DNA of 14,706 nucleotides from a virus: UHGV virus genome UHGV-0056970; one strand, 5' to 3'. Shown piece by piece: positions 14,419 to 14,706 of this stretch (position 1 is its first letter; each line of letters starts with the position of its first letter). The notes under the pieces were generated by a model. It saw only the letters and a program-made list of their open reading frames with translations, ran no database searches and was not told where the DNA came from. The position numbers and the translations under genes were made by a program.

Positions 14419-14706
14419 ATGGCTAACCATGTTATGGGCGTAGCTACGCCTGTCGATAATCAATTGCATCAGGTAATTCCGGTAATGCAGGGCACAATGG
14501 GCGATCAGAGAGCTTCGTTGGTCAGCGCCAGGCGACTGCATAATTTTCTTGGGGTCGGTCGTGACTTCAGCAACTGGATAAAGTCTCGTATTAGCCAGTA
14601 CGGTTTTGCTGAAAACATCGATTATACAGTTATCGCCAGTTCTGGCGAAAACCCACTCGGCGGGCGCCCGGCAGTGGATTACATGGTCACCATCGATTTG
14701 GGTAAA
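14419..14706 (+). CDS. Antirepressor, AntA/AntB-like N-terminal domain (partial; runs off the window)
   Basis: ATG at 14419 with GGAG upstream; open to the window edge (96 codons). RRLHNFLGVGRDFSNWIKSRISQYGFAENIDY resembles the AntA-type antirepressor N-terminal domain (recollection). Not in the ORF track because no stop lies in the window. Confidence 0.5.
   Translation, partial: MANHVMGVATPVDNQLHQVIPVMQGTMGDQRASLVSARRLHNFLGVGRDFSNWIKSRISQYGFAENIDYTVIASSGENPLGGRPAVDYMVTIDLGK

Noticed and set aside
1-14706. CRISPR arrays, tRNA or rRNA genes
   Set aside because: No CRISPR-like regularly spaced repeats seen (the only tandem repeats are the iterons); no tRNA or rRNA recognised apart from the ssrA fragment.

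Overview
This window looks like the att-proximal end of a lambdoid prophage or integrative element inserted at the 3' end of ssrA (tmRNA) in an enterobacterial genome. No searches were run; all calls rest on reading the sequence and on motifs recalled from memory. Left to right: a 36-nt partial copy of the ssrA 3' end (att core, minus strand); an AT-rich two-gene cargo module on the minus strand (Dam-family N6-adenine methyltransferase plus an ABC-ATPase/Toprim protein of OLD/PARIS-like architecture); a tyrosine integrase with an overlapping excisionase-like gene; an AT-rich 4-TM membrane protein; a GC-rich, highly structured non-coding patch; a small plus-strand cassette (2-TM protein flanked by two tiny proline-rich ORFs, then a terminator); a 77-aa gene behind a PL-like promoter; the immunity region (LexA/CI-type S24 repressor, three dyad operators, Cro-like HTH, CII-like protein); a replication module (O-like initiator with internal iterons); then a translationally coupled late-early block (PerC-like regulator, phage Dam methyltransferase, large C5-cytosine methyltransferase, a protein with only a LexA DNA-binding domain, rusA interrupted by an in-frame TGA) and the start of an AntA-like antirepressor. 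The best candidate for an undescribed or defence-type system is the AT-rich ATPase-Toprim plus methyltransferase pair between att and int; the membrane-protein cargo between xis and the immunity region and the LexA-DBD-only protein are secondary candidates.
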